Source: an uncultured Solirubrobacteraceae bacterium (GTDB taxonomy: Bacteria; Actinomycetota; Thermoleophilia; Solirubrobacterales; Solirubrobacteraceae). From it: a stretch of DNA of 64,000 bases. The position numbers were made by a program, and so were the translations under genes. Below the pieces are notes generated by a model that worked only from the letters and a program-made list of their open reading frames with translations, made no database searches and was not told the origin of the DNA. Shown piece after piece: positions 45,213 through 54,287 of the stretch. Position 1 is the stretch's first letter. Every line of letters begins with the position of its first letter. The stretch covers positions 2,426,756 to 2,490,755 of the forward strand of contig CAWEXJ010000002.1 of NCBI GenBank assembly GCA_963813035.1, given 5' to 3'.

Positions 45213-45692
45213 CTAGTCGCGCAGCTCGGACGGGATGCGGATCGAGTAGGAGCCGATCGCCGTGCACAACAGCCGCCCGTCCTGCGCCTCGACGGTCGAT
45301 TTGAGGATCCCGATGGTGCGGTTGCGCCGATCCAGCGTGGTGCGGCAGATCACATCGCCCTCGGTGGCCGTCTGGATGTAGTTGATCGAGATGCTGATCG
45401 TGGCGATGCGCTCGTTCCTCGCCGTCTGCGCCCAAAGCGTCGAGCCCATGCAGTAGTCCACCAGCGCATAGGTCACGACCCCCGAGAGCAGGCCGCCCCG
45501 GTTGATCAGCTCGGGACGGATCGTCAGGCGGACCGTCTGGGCGTTCTCCCAGCGCATGCCGATGAAGCTGGTGATCCCATCCAGCGAGCGAGGCCCCCCC
45601 TCGGTGGATCCCTCCGTCGAAGGCGCCCGGACGCCGTCCCCGCCGGCGGTCGGCCCGGTCGAGTCCGGAACATCGGATTGGTCGTCTGTCAT
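45213..45692 (-). CDS. PaaI-family hotdog thioesterase
   Basis: NRGGLLSGVVTYALVDYCMGSTLW and an overall hotdog-fold pattern, with a disordered ~35-aa N-terminus. Confidence 0.7.
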   Translation of the reverse strand: MTDDQSDVPDSTGPTAGGDGVRAPSTEGSTEGGPRSLDGITSFIGMRWENAQTVRLTIRPELINRGGLLSGVVTYALVDYCMGSTLWAQTARNERIATISISINYIQTATEGDVICRTTLDRRNRTIGILKSTVEAQDGRLLCTAIGSYSIRIPSELRD

Positions 45693-45722
45693 GGTCGGGC
45701 AGGCTAGACGAGAGCATCGCCC

Positions 45723-45750
45723 TTGACATTGTCGGCAATCTCGATATGAT
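45723..45750 (+). promoter_or_regulatory. near-consensus sigma70-type promoter in the gene-free region
   Basis: TTGACA (45723-45728), 16 nt, TATGAT (45745-45750), in a locally AT-rich patch. Confidence 0.5.
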
Positions 45751-45756
45751 TACTGA

Positions 45757-45962
45757 ACAATGTTCGATCAAACCCCGGGGACCGACCGCCGATACCCCTC
45801 CCGGCTCCGCGCACGATCGTCTCGTGTGGGCCGTTCCCCGGGATCGACCGGATGTTGGTTGATGACGGCCTGACTCCTCAGGCCCCACTCCGCGGGAGCG
45901 TGAGCCCGCGGAGCTCCTCAGAGGCGCGCCGGCCACCCCCTCGGCCGGCGCGCCTCCCCTCT
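45757..45962 (+). ncRNA. candidate structured small RNA (class unknown)
   Basis: Predicted transcript from the promoter above. It contains three perfect hairpins (45867-45884, 45888-45913, 45921-45956) and long-range CCCGGGGA/UCCCCGGG pairing. No convincing ORF. Confidence 0.35.
45921..45956 (+). terminator. GC-rich hairpin, possible intrinsic terminator
   Basis: Perfect 14-bp stem GAGGCGCGCCGGCC / GGCCGGCGCGCCUC with loop ACCCCCUC, followed by CCCUCUU (a weak U tract). Confidence 0.35.
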
Positions 45963-45964
45963 TG

Positions 45965-45999
45965 GTGAGCTCTTGTCACAGTCCGTGACACGAGCTCAC
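45965..45999. repeat. 15-bp inverted repeat with a 5-nt spacer
   Basis: GTGAGCTCTTGTCAC agtcc GTGACACGAGCTCAC, 14 of 15 positions complementary. Lies 56 nt upstream of the yraN start. Confidence 0.8.
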
Positions 46000-46054
46000 A
46001 CTGCCGTAACACGGGCCCTTTGGTTCCCGGCACGGCGCGCATAGCCTGCGCCCG

Positions 46055-46471
46055 ATGGCTCCTGCACGCATCCCCCAGGTGGGCGATCCGCGGTGGACAG
46101 GCCCGGACATCGGCGCCCGGGGCGAGTCGCTGGCGGCAGATCACCTCGAGCGCCTGGGCCTGCGGATCGTTGCGCGCAATGTGCGCCTGGGCGGTGGGGA
46201 GATCGATCTGATCGCCTTCGGCGCCGGCACGCTGGTGTTCGCCGAGGTCAAGACTGCCCGCCTGCGCGCCGGAGCGGCCGCCCGCCACGATCTGCCCCTC
46301 GAGCGCCTCGATCACCGTCAACGGCTGCGGCTGCGCCGGACCGCGGTGCGCTGGCTGGCCGAGTGCCCGCAGCGTCCGGCGGCGGGAACACTGCGCTTCG
46401 ACGCCATCGGCGTACTGCTTGACCCAGGCGGACGCCTGGCCCGACTGGAGCACCTCGAGGGCGCCTTTTAG
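46055..46471 (+). CDS. yraN: YraN-family (UPF0102) endonuclease-like protein
   Basis: GARGESLAADHLERLGLRIVARNVRLGGGEIDLIA...LVFAEVKTAR...RFDAIGV pattern. Confidence 0.85.
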   Translation: MAPARIPQVGDPRWTGPDIGARGESLAADHLERLGLRIVARNVRLGGGEIDLIAFGAGTLVFAEVKTARLRAGAAARHDLPLERLDHRQRLRLRRTAVRWLAECPQRPAAGTLRFDAIGVLLDPGGRLARLEHLEGAF

Positions 46472-47286
46472 AGGGCCAGCTGCTGGTATGCGAGCGACTG
46501 GAACGACATGCGGTGCAGCGGGGAGACGCCCTGGCGCTGGATCGCCTCGCGGTGCGAGGGCGTGGAATAGCCGACGTGCTCGGCGAAGCTCCAACCCGGA
46601 TGCTCTCCGTCGGCGTGGTGCATGTAACGGTCGCGGGTCACCTTCGCGACGATCGAGGCGGCGGCGATCGCGGCGCTGGTGGCATCGCCATCGACGATCG
46701 CCCGCTGCGAGCGGCCGAACTCAGGCACACCAAAGCCGTCGAGCAGGCAGAGGACCTCGCCATGGACACCCTCGGTGACGCCGATCGAGGCATCCCGCAG
46801 GGCCGCCAGGTTAGTCTTGTGCAGGCCCCGGGCGTCGATACCGCGGACGCAGCGCGAGACCACCACAACCCGCTTGGCGGCTCGCATGACGCGCGGATAG
46901 AGCTCCTCGCGCGCCTCGGGGGTGTGCTGCTTGGAGTCGTTCAGGGCGCTCAGCAGCCGTAGCTCGCGGGTCGTCAGCGCCTCGTAGTCGAACAGCACCG
47001 CTGCGGCCACCAGCGGGCCCGCCAGGCAGCCCCGCCCGGCCTCGTCGGCACCCGAGATCAGGCGGTAGCCGAGCCGCCGGTCGAAGGCGAACAGGCGCCG
47101 GCCACTGGAGGCACGTCGCGCGCGCCTGCGCGAGCGCGCCGAGGCGGCCCGCCCCGGCCCGGCACCCGCCGGTGCCCTGCTAGAGGATCCCGATGCGGTC
47201 GGGGGGCCAGTAGGTGGCAATGGCTCCGCCGATGACCCATCCGGTAGGGACTGGGCCCCAGAATCTGCTGTCGTCGGATTCCCCAC
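46468..47286 (-). CDS. rnhB: ribonuclease HII (start uncertain)
   Basis: GADEAGRGCLAGPLVAAAV, DSKQ and catalytic-core similarity. The GTG 47286 start would overlap lepB by 107 nt; see finding. Confidence 0.85.
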   Translation of the reverse strand: MGNPTTADSGAQSLPDGSSAEPLPPTGPPTASGSSSRAPAGAGPGRAASARSRRRARRASSGRRLFAFDRRLGYRLISGADEAGRGCLAGPLVAAAVLFDYEALTTRELRLLSALNDSKQHTPEAREELYPRVMRAAKRVVVVSRCVRGIDARGLHKTNLAALRDASIGVTEGVHGEVLCLLDGFGVPEFGRSQRAIVDGDATSAAIAAASIVAKVTRDRYMHHADGEHPGWSFAEHVGYSTPSHREAIQRQGVSPLHRMSFQSLAYQQLAL

Positions 47287-47827
47287 GGTTGTCGCCCATC
47301 ATGAACCAGTGTCCGGGCGGAACCTTGATCGGCGTTGGGAAGTTGCACTCCTCGCTCGCGCCACAGGCGCGGATATACGAGTCCTTCTCGCGCACGAATG
47401 AGCTCTTGCCGGCCGCCTTGCGGAAGACATGGCCGGCTTCGATCTTGATTTCATCGCCCGGGCCGGCGACGACCCGCTTGATGAAGTTGACCCCCGCATC
47501 CTCTTTGGGAATCGGCGTCGAGCAGGCCGCTCCGCCCAGCGTGATGACATGCGGCGTGGGCCCGCACTGCTCCTGCTCAGCACCTTCGGGCGGATGGAAC
47601 ACGGCAATCTCGCCGACGTGCGGTTCGGAGAAGTCCATCCCGATGCGGTTGACCAGCACCCGCTGGCCGACCGAGAGGGTGGGCTCCATGGAGCCGCTGG
47701 GGATCCGGTAGGGCTTGATGACGAACGCCTGGATGCCGAGCGCAAGGCCCAGCGCCACGGCGATGATGACGACCAACTCGATGACGGAGTTGAGCGTCGA
47801 TTTCGGGCGCTTGCGCCCGGGTTTCAC
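47180..47827 (-). CDS. lepB: signal peptidase I
   Basis: PSGSMEPTL (Ser box), KRVVAGPGD (Lys box) and [17 protein letters not shown] start overlaps the rplS stop (GTGA). Confidence 0.93.
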   Translation of the reverse strand: MKPGRKRPKSTLNSVIELVVIIAVALGLALGIQAFVIKPYRIPSGSMEPTLSVGQRVLVNRIGMDFSEPHVGEIAVFHPPEGAEQEQCGPTPHVITLGGAACSTPIPKEDAGVNFIKRVVAGPGDEIKIEAGHVFRKAAGKSSFVREKDSYIRACGASEECNFPTPIKVPPGHWFMMGDNRGESDDSRFWGPVPTGWVIGGAIATYWPPDRIGIL

Positions 47828-48462
47828 GCGGGCGGGTCGCCGGCGGGAACGCCTTGCTCAGCGTCGCCGGCGTCAGCGGAGGGATCCTCGGGCGCCGCCT
47901 CTGGAGCGTCCTGCTGCGCCTCGGACTCGGCCGCCGGGACCTCGCCGTCGGTCGCTCCTGCCGATCCCCCCTGCTCCTGGGACTCCTCCGCGGAGACCTC
48001 GCCGGCCGTCTGGCCGGCTGCCTCCTGCGTGACTGCCTCCTCCGCCGTCATCCCGTCCGCGTCCGTGGCCTCGGTGGCCTCGTGCAGCAGCCCCGGCTGG
48101 ACGATCTCCTCGGGGCCCGTGTAGCGGCGCTCTTTGACCCGGGCGCGCTTGCCCACGCGGTCGCGCAGGTAGTAGAGCTTGGCGCGCCGCACATCGCCGC
48201 GCGCGGCCAGCTCGATGCGCTCGATCTTGGGCGAGTGAAGGGGGAACATCCGCTCGACGCCGACGCCGAAGGACTGCTTGCGGACGGTGAAGGTCTCGCG
48301 GGCGCCGTGGCCCTGGCGCTTGATCACGACCCCCTCGAAGACCTGGACACGGCTGCGCGAACCCTCGATGACCTGGAAATGGACCTTGACCCGGTCACCG
48401 GGCGAGAAGCTTGGGACGCGGCGCAGTTGCGCGCGCTCGATGGTTGCGATAACGCTGCTCAT
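47824..48462 (-). CDS. rplS: 50S ribosomal protein L19 with a ~95-aa acidic C-terminal extension
   Basis: Canonical L19 core ([29 protein letters not shown]...[13 protein letters not shown]...YYLR), followed by a low-complexity tail rich in Glu, Ala, Asp, Gly, Gln, Thr, Pro and Ser. Confidence 0.92.
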   Translation of the reverse strand: MSSVIATIERAQLRRVPSFSPGDRVKVHFQVIEGSRSRVQVFEGVVIKRQGHGARETFTVRKQSFGVGVERMFPLHSPKIERIELAARGDVRRAKLYYLRDRVGKRARVKERRYTGPEEIVQPGLLHEATEATDADGMTAEEAVTQEAAGQTAGEVSAEESQEQGGSAGATDGEVPAAESEAQQDAPEAAPEDPSADAGDAEQGVPAGDPPA

Positions 48463-48478
48463 GAGAAGGGGACCGCAC

Positions 48479-48541
48479 GTCCGCTACGCGCCCAGGGTAA
48501 GGAGGGACACTCGAACGGTGCGAGTCGCAATGGTAGCGGAC
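48479..48541 (-). promoter_or_regulatory. hairpin in the trmD-rplS spacer (possible rplS leader structure)
   Basis: Perfect 9-bp stem GUCCGCUAC/GUAGCGGAC enclosing 45 nt, with an inner ACUCG/CGAGU hairpin and a CCCUCCUUACCC run. Ends 16 nt before the rplS ATG. Confidence 0.3.
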
Positions 48542-48551
48542 AGCCCGCCCC

Positions 48552-49268
48552 TCAGGCGCCCCCGCCGAACGCGGGCCCGCCGGGAGCGGCGCGCAGCTGC
48601 TTGGCTCGTTCGCGGCTGCGCTCGAGCCGCCAGCCCTCGATCCGGGCGTGGTGGCCGGAGAGCAGCACCTCCGGCACGCGCCAACCGCGGTACTCGGCCG
48701 GCCGCGTGTAGTGCGGATACTCAGGGTTGCCTTCCAGGGCGGCGCTGAAGGACTCCTCCGCGGCCGAACGCTCATCGCCGAGCGCGCCGGGGAGCTTGCG
48801 CATGACGGCATCGCAGATGACCATGGCGGCCGGCTCACCGCCGCTCAGGACATAGCGCCCGATCGAGACCACATCGGAGGCGAAGTGCTCGACGATCCGC
48901 TCGTCGAAGCCCTCATAGCGTCCGCACAGGAGCGTCAGCTCGCCCTCGCCGGCCAGCTCGTCCACGAGCGCATCGTCGAGCAGGCGCCCACCGGGGGCCA
49001 GGGCGATCACCCGCCGCCGCGAGGGGAGCACGACCGGATCGACGCCATAGCGGGCCCGCAGCGCCGCCTCCATGACATCGACCCGCAGCACCATTCCGGC
49101 GCCGCCGCCAAAGGGCATGTCATCGACCTGGCCGGCGCTCAGGGGGGTGTGGTCACGGAAGTTGATGCACTCGATGAGCGAGCCCGTGGCCGTGACGTTG
49201 GCGATGTGGCGCTGCTCTGTGAGCCAGGCGAACCACTCGGGAAACAGCGTGAAGATGTCGATCTTCAC
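48552..49268 (-). CDS. trmD: tRNA (guanine37-N1)-methyltransferase
   Basis: MKIDIFTLFPEWF, GGGAGMVL, LLCGRYEGFDERI and YPHYTRP. Confidence 0.95.
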   Translation of the reverse strand: MKIDIFTLFPEWFAWLTEQRHIANVTATGSLIECINFRDHTPLSAGQVDDMPFGGGAGMVLRVDVMEAALRARYGVDPVVLPSRRRVIALAPGGRLLDDALVDELAGEGELTLLCGRYEGFDERIVEHFASDVVSIGRYVLSGGEPAAMVICDAVMRKLPGALGDERSAAEESFSAALEGNPEYPHYTRPAEYRGWRVPEVLLSGHHARIEGWRLERSRERAKQLRAAPGGPAFGGGA

Positions 49269-49831
49269 GCGCCCGCTCCCGGCAGCTCGGCGCCGAGGAA
49301 GCCGAGGTCGATCTCCACGCGGCGCGCCCGCGCGTCGATCGAACGGATGGCGGCTTTGACCATCGGCACGATCAGCTGCTCGCCGCCGCCGGAGGGCTCG
49401 ACTTCGAGCGCCTCGCAGGAGGGCAGCTCGAGCATCCGCGACACGGTGCCCACGTGCGTGCCGGAGTCAAAGACCTCGCAACCCTCGAGTTCGTGCGCCC
49501 ACCATTCGCCCTCCTCGAGCGCCGGGGCGTCGGCGCCCTCGACCCAGAGATCGGCCGATCGCAGCACCTCGAGGGCCTCGCGGCTGTCGATGCCCTTCAG
49601 CCGCAGGATGGGGCGAGCGTCGGTTCCCGCCCGGCGGATGATCTCGCGGGGCTGCCCGGCGACGGTCACGCTGACCCCGGCGGCCAACAGGCGCGGACGG
49701 GGCCGGGTCACATAGAAGCTTCCGTCAAGGCCGTGGGGGCGCCCGATGCGCCCGGCCGGTAGCGGCGGGAGCCCTCGGGCCTTGGCCTGCGGCGCCCCGG
49801 GCGAACGCTCTGGAGGCCCGCCGGCGCTCAA
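49265..49831 (-). CDS. rimM: 16S rRNA processing protein RimM
   Basis: GRIGRPHGLDGSFYV N-terminal signature and a PRC-barrel-like C-terminus. 4-nt overlaps on both sides. Confidence 0.88.
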   Translation of the reverse strand: MSAGGPPERSPGAPQAKARGLPPLPAGRIGRPHGLDGSFYVTRPRPRLLAAGVSVTVAGQPREIIRRAGTDARPILRLKGIDSREALEVLRSADLWVEGADAPALEEGEWWAHELEGCEVFDSGTHVGTVSRMLELPSCEALEVEPSGGGEQLIVPMVKAAIRSIDARARRVEIDLGFLGAELPGAGA

Positions 49832-50076
49832 TCGACGATGTCGACAAGCACGTGGCAGTCCTCGCTGGCCGCCGCGGCTTTGACGACCGTCCGCAGGGCA
49901 TGCGCGGTTCGCCCGCCGCGCCCGATCACCCGGCCGTAGTCATCGGGTCCCACGCACAGCTCGAGCACGACCGTGCCGTCATCCTCCTCGAACTGCTCGA
50001 CGGCCACCGCCTCGGGATCGTCCACGAGGCCTTCAGCCAGGTACTCCAGGAGCCGCTTGGGGTTCTCGCTGGCCAT
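49828..50076 (-). CDS. KH-domain RNA-binding protein (YlqC/UPF0109)
   Basis: GRVIGRGGRTAHALRTVV KH GXXG motif. 82 aa, sited between rpsP and rimM. Confidence 0.88.
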   Translation of the reverse strand: MASENPKRLLEYLAEGLVDDPEAVAVEQFEEDDGTVVLELCVGPDDYGRVIGRGGRTAHALRTVVKAAAASEDCHVLVDIVD

Positions 50077-50098
50077 GTGCGAGCGCTCCGCGTTGGGA

Positions 50099-50353
50099 CT
50101 AGCCCGTCCGGGTCTCGATGCCCTGGATGCGCAGCAGCTTCTTGACGGTGTTCGACGGCTGGGCTCCTCGGGCGAGCCAGCTGCGGGCGCGCTCCTCGTC
50201 GATCACGATCGTCGAGGGGTGGGTCTGCGCGTTGTAGTGGCCGATCGTCTCGATCACCCGTCCATCACGGGGAGAGCGCTGGTCGGCGACGACGACACGC
50301 CATATCGGGTCCTTCTTGCCGCCCACTCGAGTGAGCCTGAGCCTGACTGACAC
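50099..50353 (-). CDS. rpsP: 30S ribosomal protein S16
   Basis: VRLRLTRVGGKKDPIWRVVVADQRSPRDGR. GTG start preceded by GAGAGGAAA. Confidence 0.95.
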   Translation of the reverse strand: MSVRLRLTRVGGKKDPIWRVVVADQRSPRDGRVIETIGHYNAQTHPSTIVIDEERARSWLARGAQPSNTVKKLLRIQGIETRTG

Positions 50354-50454
50354 GGTTTCCTCTCTGGTGCTTGAAGACTTCGGATCGGTGGATCCTCGCC
50401 GCAGAGCTTAGACGGTCGCGCCCGATGCGCGGGACGCGCCTCCGCGCAGGGGGC

Positions 50455-51789
<1,335 letters not shown>

Positions 51790-51830
51790 GGTGGTGATTC
51801 TGGCAGCCGCCGGCGCCCGGCCGGGGCGGC

Positions 51831-52766
51831 CTAGCTGCCGCCCGGCTCGGCCGGGTCGGCGGCGGGCAGGTGGGCCGGGCCGTCCGGGCCGGCCTTTTTC
51901 ACCGCGCCCTTGAGCGCCGAGCCGATGCCGTCGAAGGCCTGGGTGAACTCCGAGGGGATGACGAACACCTTGTTGGCGTCCCCTTCGGCCAGCTGGGGCA
52001 GCATCTGCAGGTATTCGTAGCTCAGCAGCTCGTGATCCGGTTTGCCCTCGTGGATGGCTGTGAAGACGGTGTCGATCGCCTTCGCTTCGCCCTCCGCGCG
52101 CAGGATCGCCGCCTGGCGTTCTCCTTCGGCGGTCAGCACGGCGGCCTGCTTGGCGCCCTCGGCGGTCAGGATCTGCGCCTGCTTTTCGCCTTCGGCGGTC
52201 AGGATCGCGGCACGGCGGTCCCGCTCCGCCCGCATCTGCTTCTCCATTGCCGCGCGGATGTCCTGCGGCGGGTCCACCGACTTGATCTCGACGCGATTGA
52301 TGCGGATGCCCCACTTGCCGGTGGCCTCGTCGAGCACCGTACGCAGCTCGGTATTGACGTTCTCGCGGGCCGTCAGCGTCGCCTCCAGGGTCAGGCCGCC
52401 GATGACGTTGCGCAGCGTCGTCACGGTCAGCTGCTCGATCGCCTGCAACGGGTTGGCGATTTCATAGGTCGCCGAGCGCGGTTCGGTGATCGTGAAATAG
52501 AGGACGGTCTCGATTCCCACGACGACGTTGTCTTCGGTGATGACCGACTGGGGCGAGAAGTTGACGACCTGCTCGCGCAGGTCGACCAGCGGCCGGACCC
52601 GGTCGATAAACGGCGTCACGATCGTCAGACCAGGCTCGAGCGTCCGGCTGTAGCGGCCGAGGCGCTCGACGACACCGGCGCGGGCCTGCGGGATCACGCG
52701 AATCGAGCGGGCCGCGACGAACAGCAGGAAGACGACGATCACTGCGATGACGATCAGTGCGACCAT
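51831..52766 (-). CDS. SPFH/Band-7 (stomatin-like) protein
   Basis: N-terminal TM, then IRVIPQARAGVVERLGRYSRTLEPGL and a coiled AEGE-repeat region. Confidence 0.9.
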   Translation of the reverse strand: MVALIVIAVIVVFLLFVAARSIRVIPQARAGVVERLGRYSRTLEPGLTIVTPFIDRVRPLVDLREQVVNFSPQSVITEDNVVVGIETVLYFTITEPRSATYEIANPLQAIEQLTVTTLRNVIGGLTLEATLTARENVNTELRTVLDEATGKWGIRINRVEIKSVDPPQDIRAAMEKQMRAERDRRAAILTAEGEKQAQILTAEGAKQAAVLTAEGERQAAILRAEGEAKAIDTVFTAIHEGKPDHELLSYEYLQMLPQLAEGDANKVFVIPSEFTQAFDGIGSALKGAVKKAGPDGPAHLPAADPAEPGGS

Positions 52767-52820
52767 TGCTTGCCAGTCCTCTCTAGGTTCCCTCGTCTGT
52801 CAGCCTACCCGCGCTCGCCG

Positions 52821-53249
52821 TCAGTGCATGACCAGCGCGGTGGCTCCCTTGATCTCGACGACCTCGACGCGCTCGCCGGCCTCGATCACATCGTCGCCGT
52901 AGCTGCGGGCGGTCCAGACCTCGCCGTTGTCGATCTTGACGCAGCCCACCCCCTCGTCGTTGACGATCCGCTCGAGCACCATCGCCCGGTGCCCCACGAG
53001 CGCGGCGGCGCCGGTGCGGATCGAGGGCGCCTGGCGTCGATGGCGCCGCGCAACCGGGCGCAGGCCGCCCACGACGACGACCGACGTGGCCAGGAACAGC
53101 ACGCCGCCGATCAGAGCGCCTCCGCCGAGCAGCGTGACGACCGCAGCCAGGGCGGCGCCGACGGCGAAGGGAAGCAGGTAGAGGCCCCCGGAGTGCATCT
53201 CTCCGATGCCCAGCAGGGCGGCCGCCACAAGCCACAGAATCCAGCCCAT
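52821..53249 (-). CDS. NfeD-family membrane protein
   Basis: Two or three TM segments plus a C-terminal OB-like segment (GCVKIDNGEVWTARS...GERVEVVEIKG). Adjacent to the SPFH gene. Confidence 0.85.
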   Translation of the reverse strand: MGWILWLVAAALLGIGEMHSGGLYLLPFAVGAALAAVVTLLGGGALIGGVLFLATSVVVVGGLRPVARRHRRQAPSIRTGAAALVGHRAMVLERIVNDEGVGCVKIDNGEVWTARSYGDDVIEAGERVEVVEIKGATALVMH

Positions 53250-53259
53250 AGCAGGGAGG

Positions 53260-54255
53260 TTAGCTCTCCGCGATCAACGCGCGGGCAAAATCGTCGGGAT
53301 CGAAGGGACGGAGGTCCTCCACCGACTCGCCGATTCCGATCAGCTTGACCGGGAGCGCGAGCTCACCGGCGATCGCCAGCGCGATCCCGCCGCGGGCCGT
53401 TCCGTCGAGCTTCGTCAGCACCACACCGGTCACTCCGGCGGTCTCGGCAAACAGCCTTGCCTGGCGCAGCCCGTTCTGCCCGGTGGTCGCGTCGAGGGTC
53501 AGCAGCGTCTCGTGCGGCGCGCCCTCGAGCTGGCGGGCTATGACCCGCCGCACCTTGGCAAGCTCGCCCATCAGGTCGTCCTGGGTGTGCAGGCGTCCGG
53601 CCGTGTCGATGATCACCACGTCCACGCCTTCGGCGCGTCCGCGGGCGATCGCCTCGAAGGCCACGGCGCCGGGGTCCGAGCCCTCGGCTCCGGTGACGAT
53701 GGCGCAACCGGCCCGCTGCGCCCAGCCTTCCAGTTGCTCGGCCGCAGCGGCGCGGAACGTGTCCGCGGCGCCCAACAGGACGGTTGCTCCGAGCTCGTTG
53801 CGCAGGTGCCAGGCCAGCTTGCCGATCGTCGTCGTCTTGCCCGTCCCGTTGACGCCGACCGCCATGATCACCGTCGGCTTTGCGCCGATGTCGATAGTCG
53901 GATCCCCCACCCGGGCCGTCTCGGCCAGCAGCGCGATCAGGCGCTCGCTGAGTGCCTCGCCGCCCTCCAGCTCACCCGAGCCGACTTCGGACTCCAGCGT
54001 CTCGACCACCCTTGCGGTCGTGGCGGCGCCGACGTCGGCCATGATCAGCGCCTCCTCGAGGCGTTCCCATGTCTGCTCGTCCAGGACTCCGAACAGCGTC
54101 GCCTGGATCTCCGAGCCGAGCGCCTGGCGGGTCTTGCTCATGCTCTCCCGCAGGCGGCGGAACAGCCCTCCCCGTTTCTGCTCGGCCGGCGCGTCGGCGG
54201 CCGCCCGGCCGTCGGGGTCGCCACCTACGAAGAGCTCACTCCATTCGCGCGCCAC
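53260..54255 (-). CDS. ftsY: signal recognition particle receptor FtsY (short N-terminus)
   Basis: GVNGTGKTTTIGKLA, DTAGRLH and TKLDGTARGG. Confidence 0.95.
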   Translation of the reverse strand: MAREWSELFVGGDPDGRAAADAPAEQKRGGLFRRLRESMSKTRQALGSEIQATLFGVLDEQTWERLEEALIMADVGAATTARVVETLESEVGSGELEGGEALSERLIALLAETARVGDPTIDIGAKPTVIMAVGVNGTGKTTTIGKLAWHLRNELGATVLLGAADTFRAAAAEQLEGWAQRAGCAIVTGAEGSDPGAVAFEAIARGRAEGVDVVIIDTAGRLHTQDDLMGELAKVRRVIARQLEGAPHETLLTLDATTGQNGLRQARLFAETAGVTGVVLTKLDGTARGGIALAIAGELALPVKLIGIGESVEDLRPFDPDDFARALIAES

Positions 54256-54287
54256 GGGGGGCGCGATGATAGCTCCCGCGCCCGGCC

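Noticed and set aside
45760-45873. 37-codon ORF (MFDQTPGTDRRYPSRLRARSSRVGRSPGSTGCWLMTA) starting 10 nt after the -10 element, a possible leaderless micro-protein.
   Set aside because: About one third of its codons end in A/T, unlike the real genes here. It has no SD and no recognizable peptide features. The RNA-structure explanation fits better. It is not excluded.
45757-45962. Assignment of the candidate sRNA to the 6C or 6S RNA families.
   Set aside because: As I recall, 6C is much shorter, with two adjacent hairpins each bearing six or more Cs. Here the C-rich loops are ~130 nt apart. 6S requires a long rod in which the 5' and 3' ends pair, and I could not find that. Only cmsearch can settle it.
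48497-48503. AAGGAGG on the + strand in the trmD-rplS spacer, as the SD of an antisense small gene.
   Set aside because: The nearest downstream start (GTG) is ~12 nt away. The ORFs in that direction are antisense artefacts over trmD. The motif is the complement of the CCUCCUU run in the rplS leader.
51790-52314. N-terminal extensions offered by the longest-ORF track: ffh to 52314, smc to 57704, hpnG to 22902, the MptB-like gene to 30938, the response regulator back to 6577, xerC to 41879 and crcB to 19094.
   Set aside because: The extensions overlap upstream genes, are Arg/Pro-rich, and precede internal starts that give canonical N-termini (for example MFDSLGEKL for Ffh and MRLKSVTMDGFKSF for SMC).
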